This document shows, one piece after another, positions 63,924 to 64,000 of a stretch of 64,000 nt of DNA. How positions within the stretch are numbered: position 1 is the stretch's first letter; every line of letters starts with the position of its first letter. This DNA comes from an uncultured Selenomonadales bacterium (GTDB taxonomy: Bacteria > Bacillota > Negativicutes > Selenomonadales > Selenomonadaceae). The position numbers were made by a program, and so were the translations under genes. The stretch spans positions 4,077-68,076 of the forward strand of contig CAMJQS010000001.1 of NCBI GenBank assembly GCA_946408105.1, in the 5' to 3' direction. Under the pieces are notes generated by a model. That model was given only the letters and a program-made list of their open reading frames with translations. It did not search any database and was not told the DNA's origin.

Positions 63924-63952
63924 ATTTTACCGTGAAAAAATTTTTGCGTCAA
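63924..63952 (-). promoter_or_regulatory. Possible sigma-70 promoter directly upstream of trpA
   Basis: Minus strand TTGACG - 17 nt - TAAAAT, ~30 nt upstream of the trpA ATG. Confidence 0.4.
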
Positions 63953-64000
63953 TTCGTGCGTCTTGCCCAAAATAAAAATCTCTTGTAGAATTGTCAGGGT

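Overview
This is a 64-kb chromosomal window from a flagellated bacterium. Coding sequence is GC-rich and peppered with AnTn tracts of the AAAATTTT type. I call about 62 protein genes and recognised no rRNA, tRNA or CRISPR array by eye. Housekeeping genes include ubiD, ychF, ftsZ, tsaE-tsaB-rimI, queA-tgt-yajC, radA, mtaB, rsmE, infC-rpmI-rplT, thrC and trpA. Accessory blocks sit between them: (1) tandem flagellin genes, the second frame-broken at a C9 tract; (2) a sugar-utilisation locus whose MFS transporter has been gutted by an HNH/NUMOD4 endonuclease cassette; (3) an LPP20 / CHASE2-cyclase / MBL / GAF-GGDEF signalling operon; (4) a cobamide-related cluster with a fused double CobT; (5) a 1456-aa GT2-RgpF-HAD enzyme with FabH-like and DegT partners; (6) a double-glycine-leader polypeptide gene with a tandemly duplicated promoter; (7) an 814-aa RTX-type repeat protein. 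The most unusual signal is structural. At five gene junctions a 69-138-bp insert from a small repeat family is bracketed by a 19-46-bp direct duplication of the adjacent gene end. Removing the insert plus one repeat copy restores a compact gene junction, in three cases an overlapping one. Tandem heptanucleotide arrays form hairpins at several junctions, and one array lies in frame inside mtaB. Three enzyme homologues lack their catalytic residue: an SHMT-like protein without the PLP lysine, an AdoMetDC-like protein without the pyruvoyl serine, and a P1B-ATPase-like protein without DKTGT. All functional calls rest on motif recognition by eye; no database search was run.
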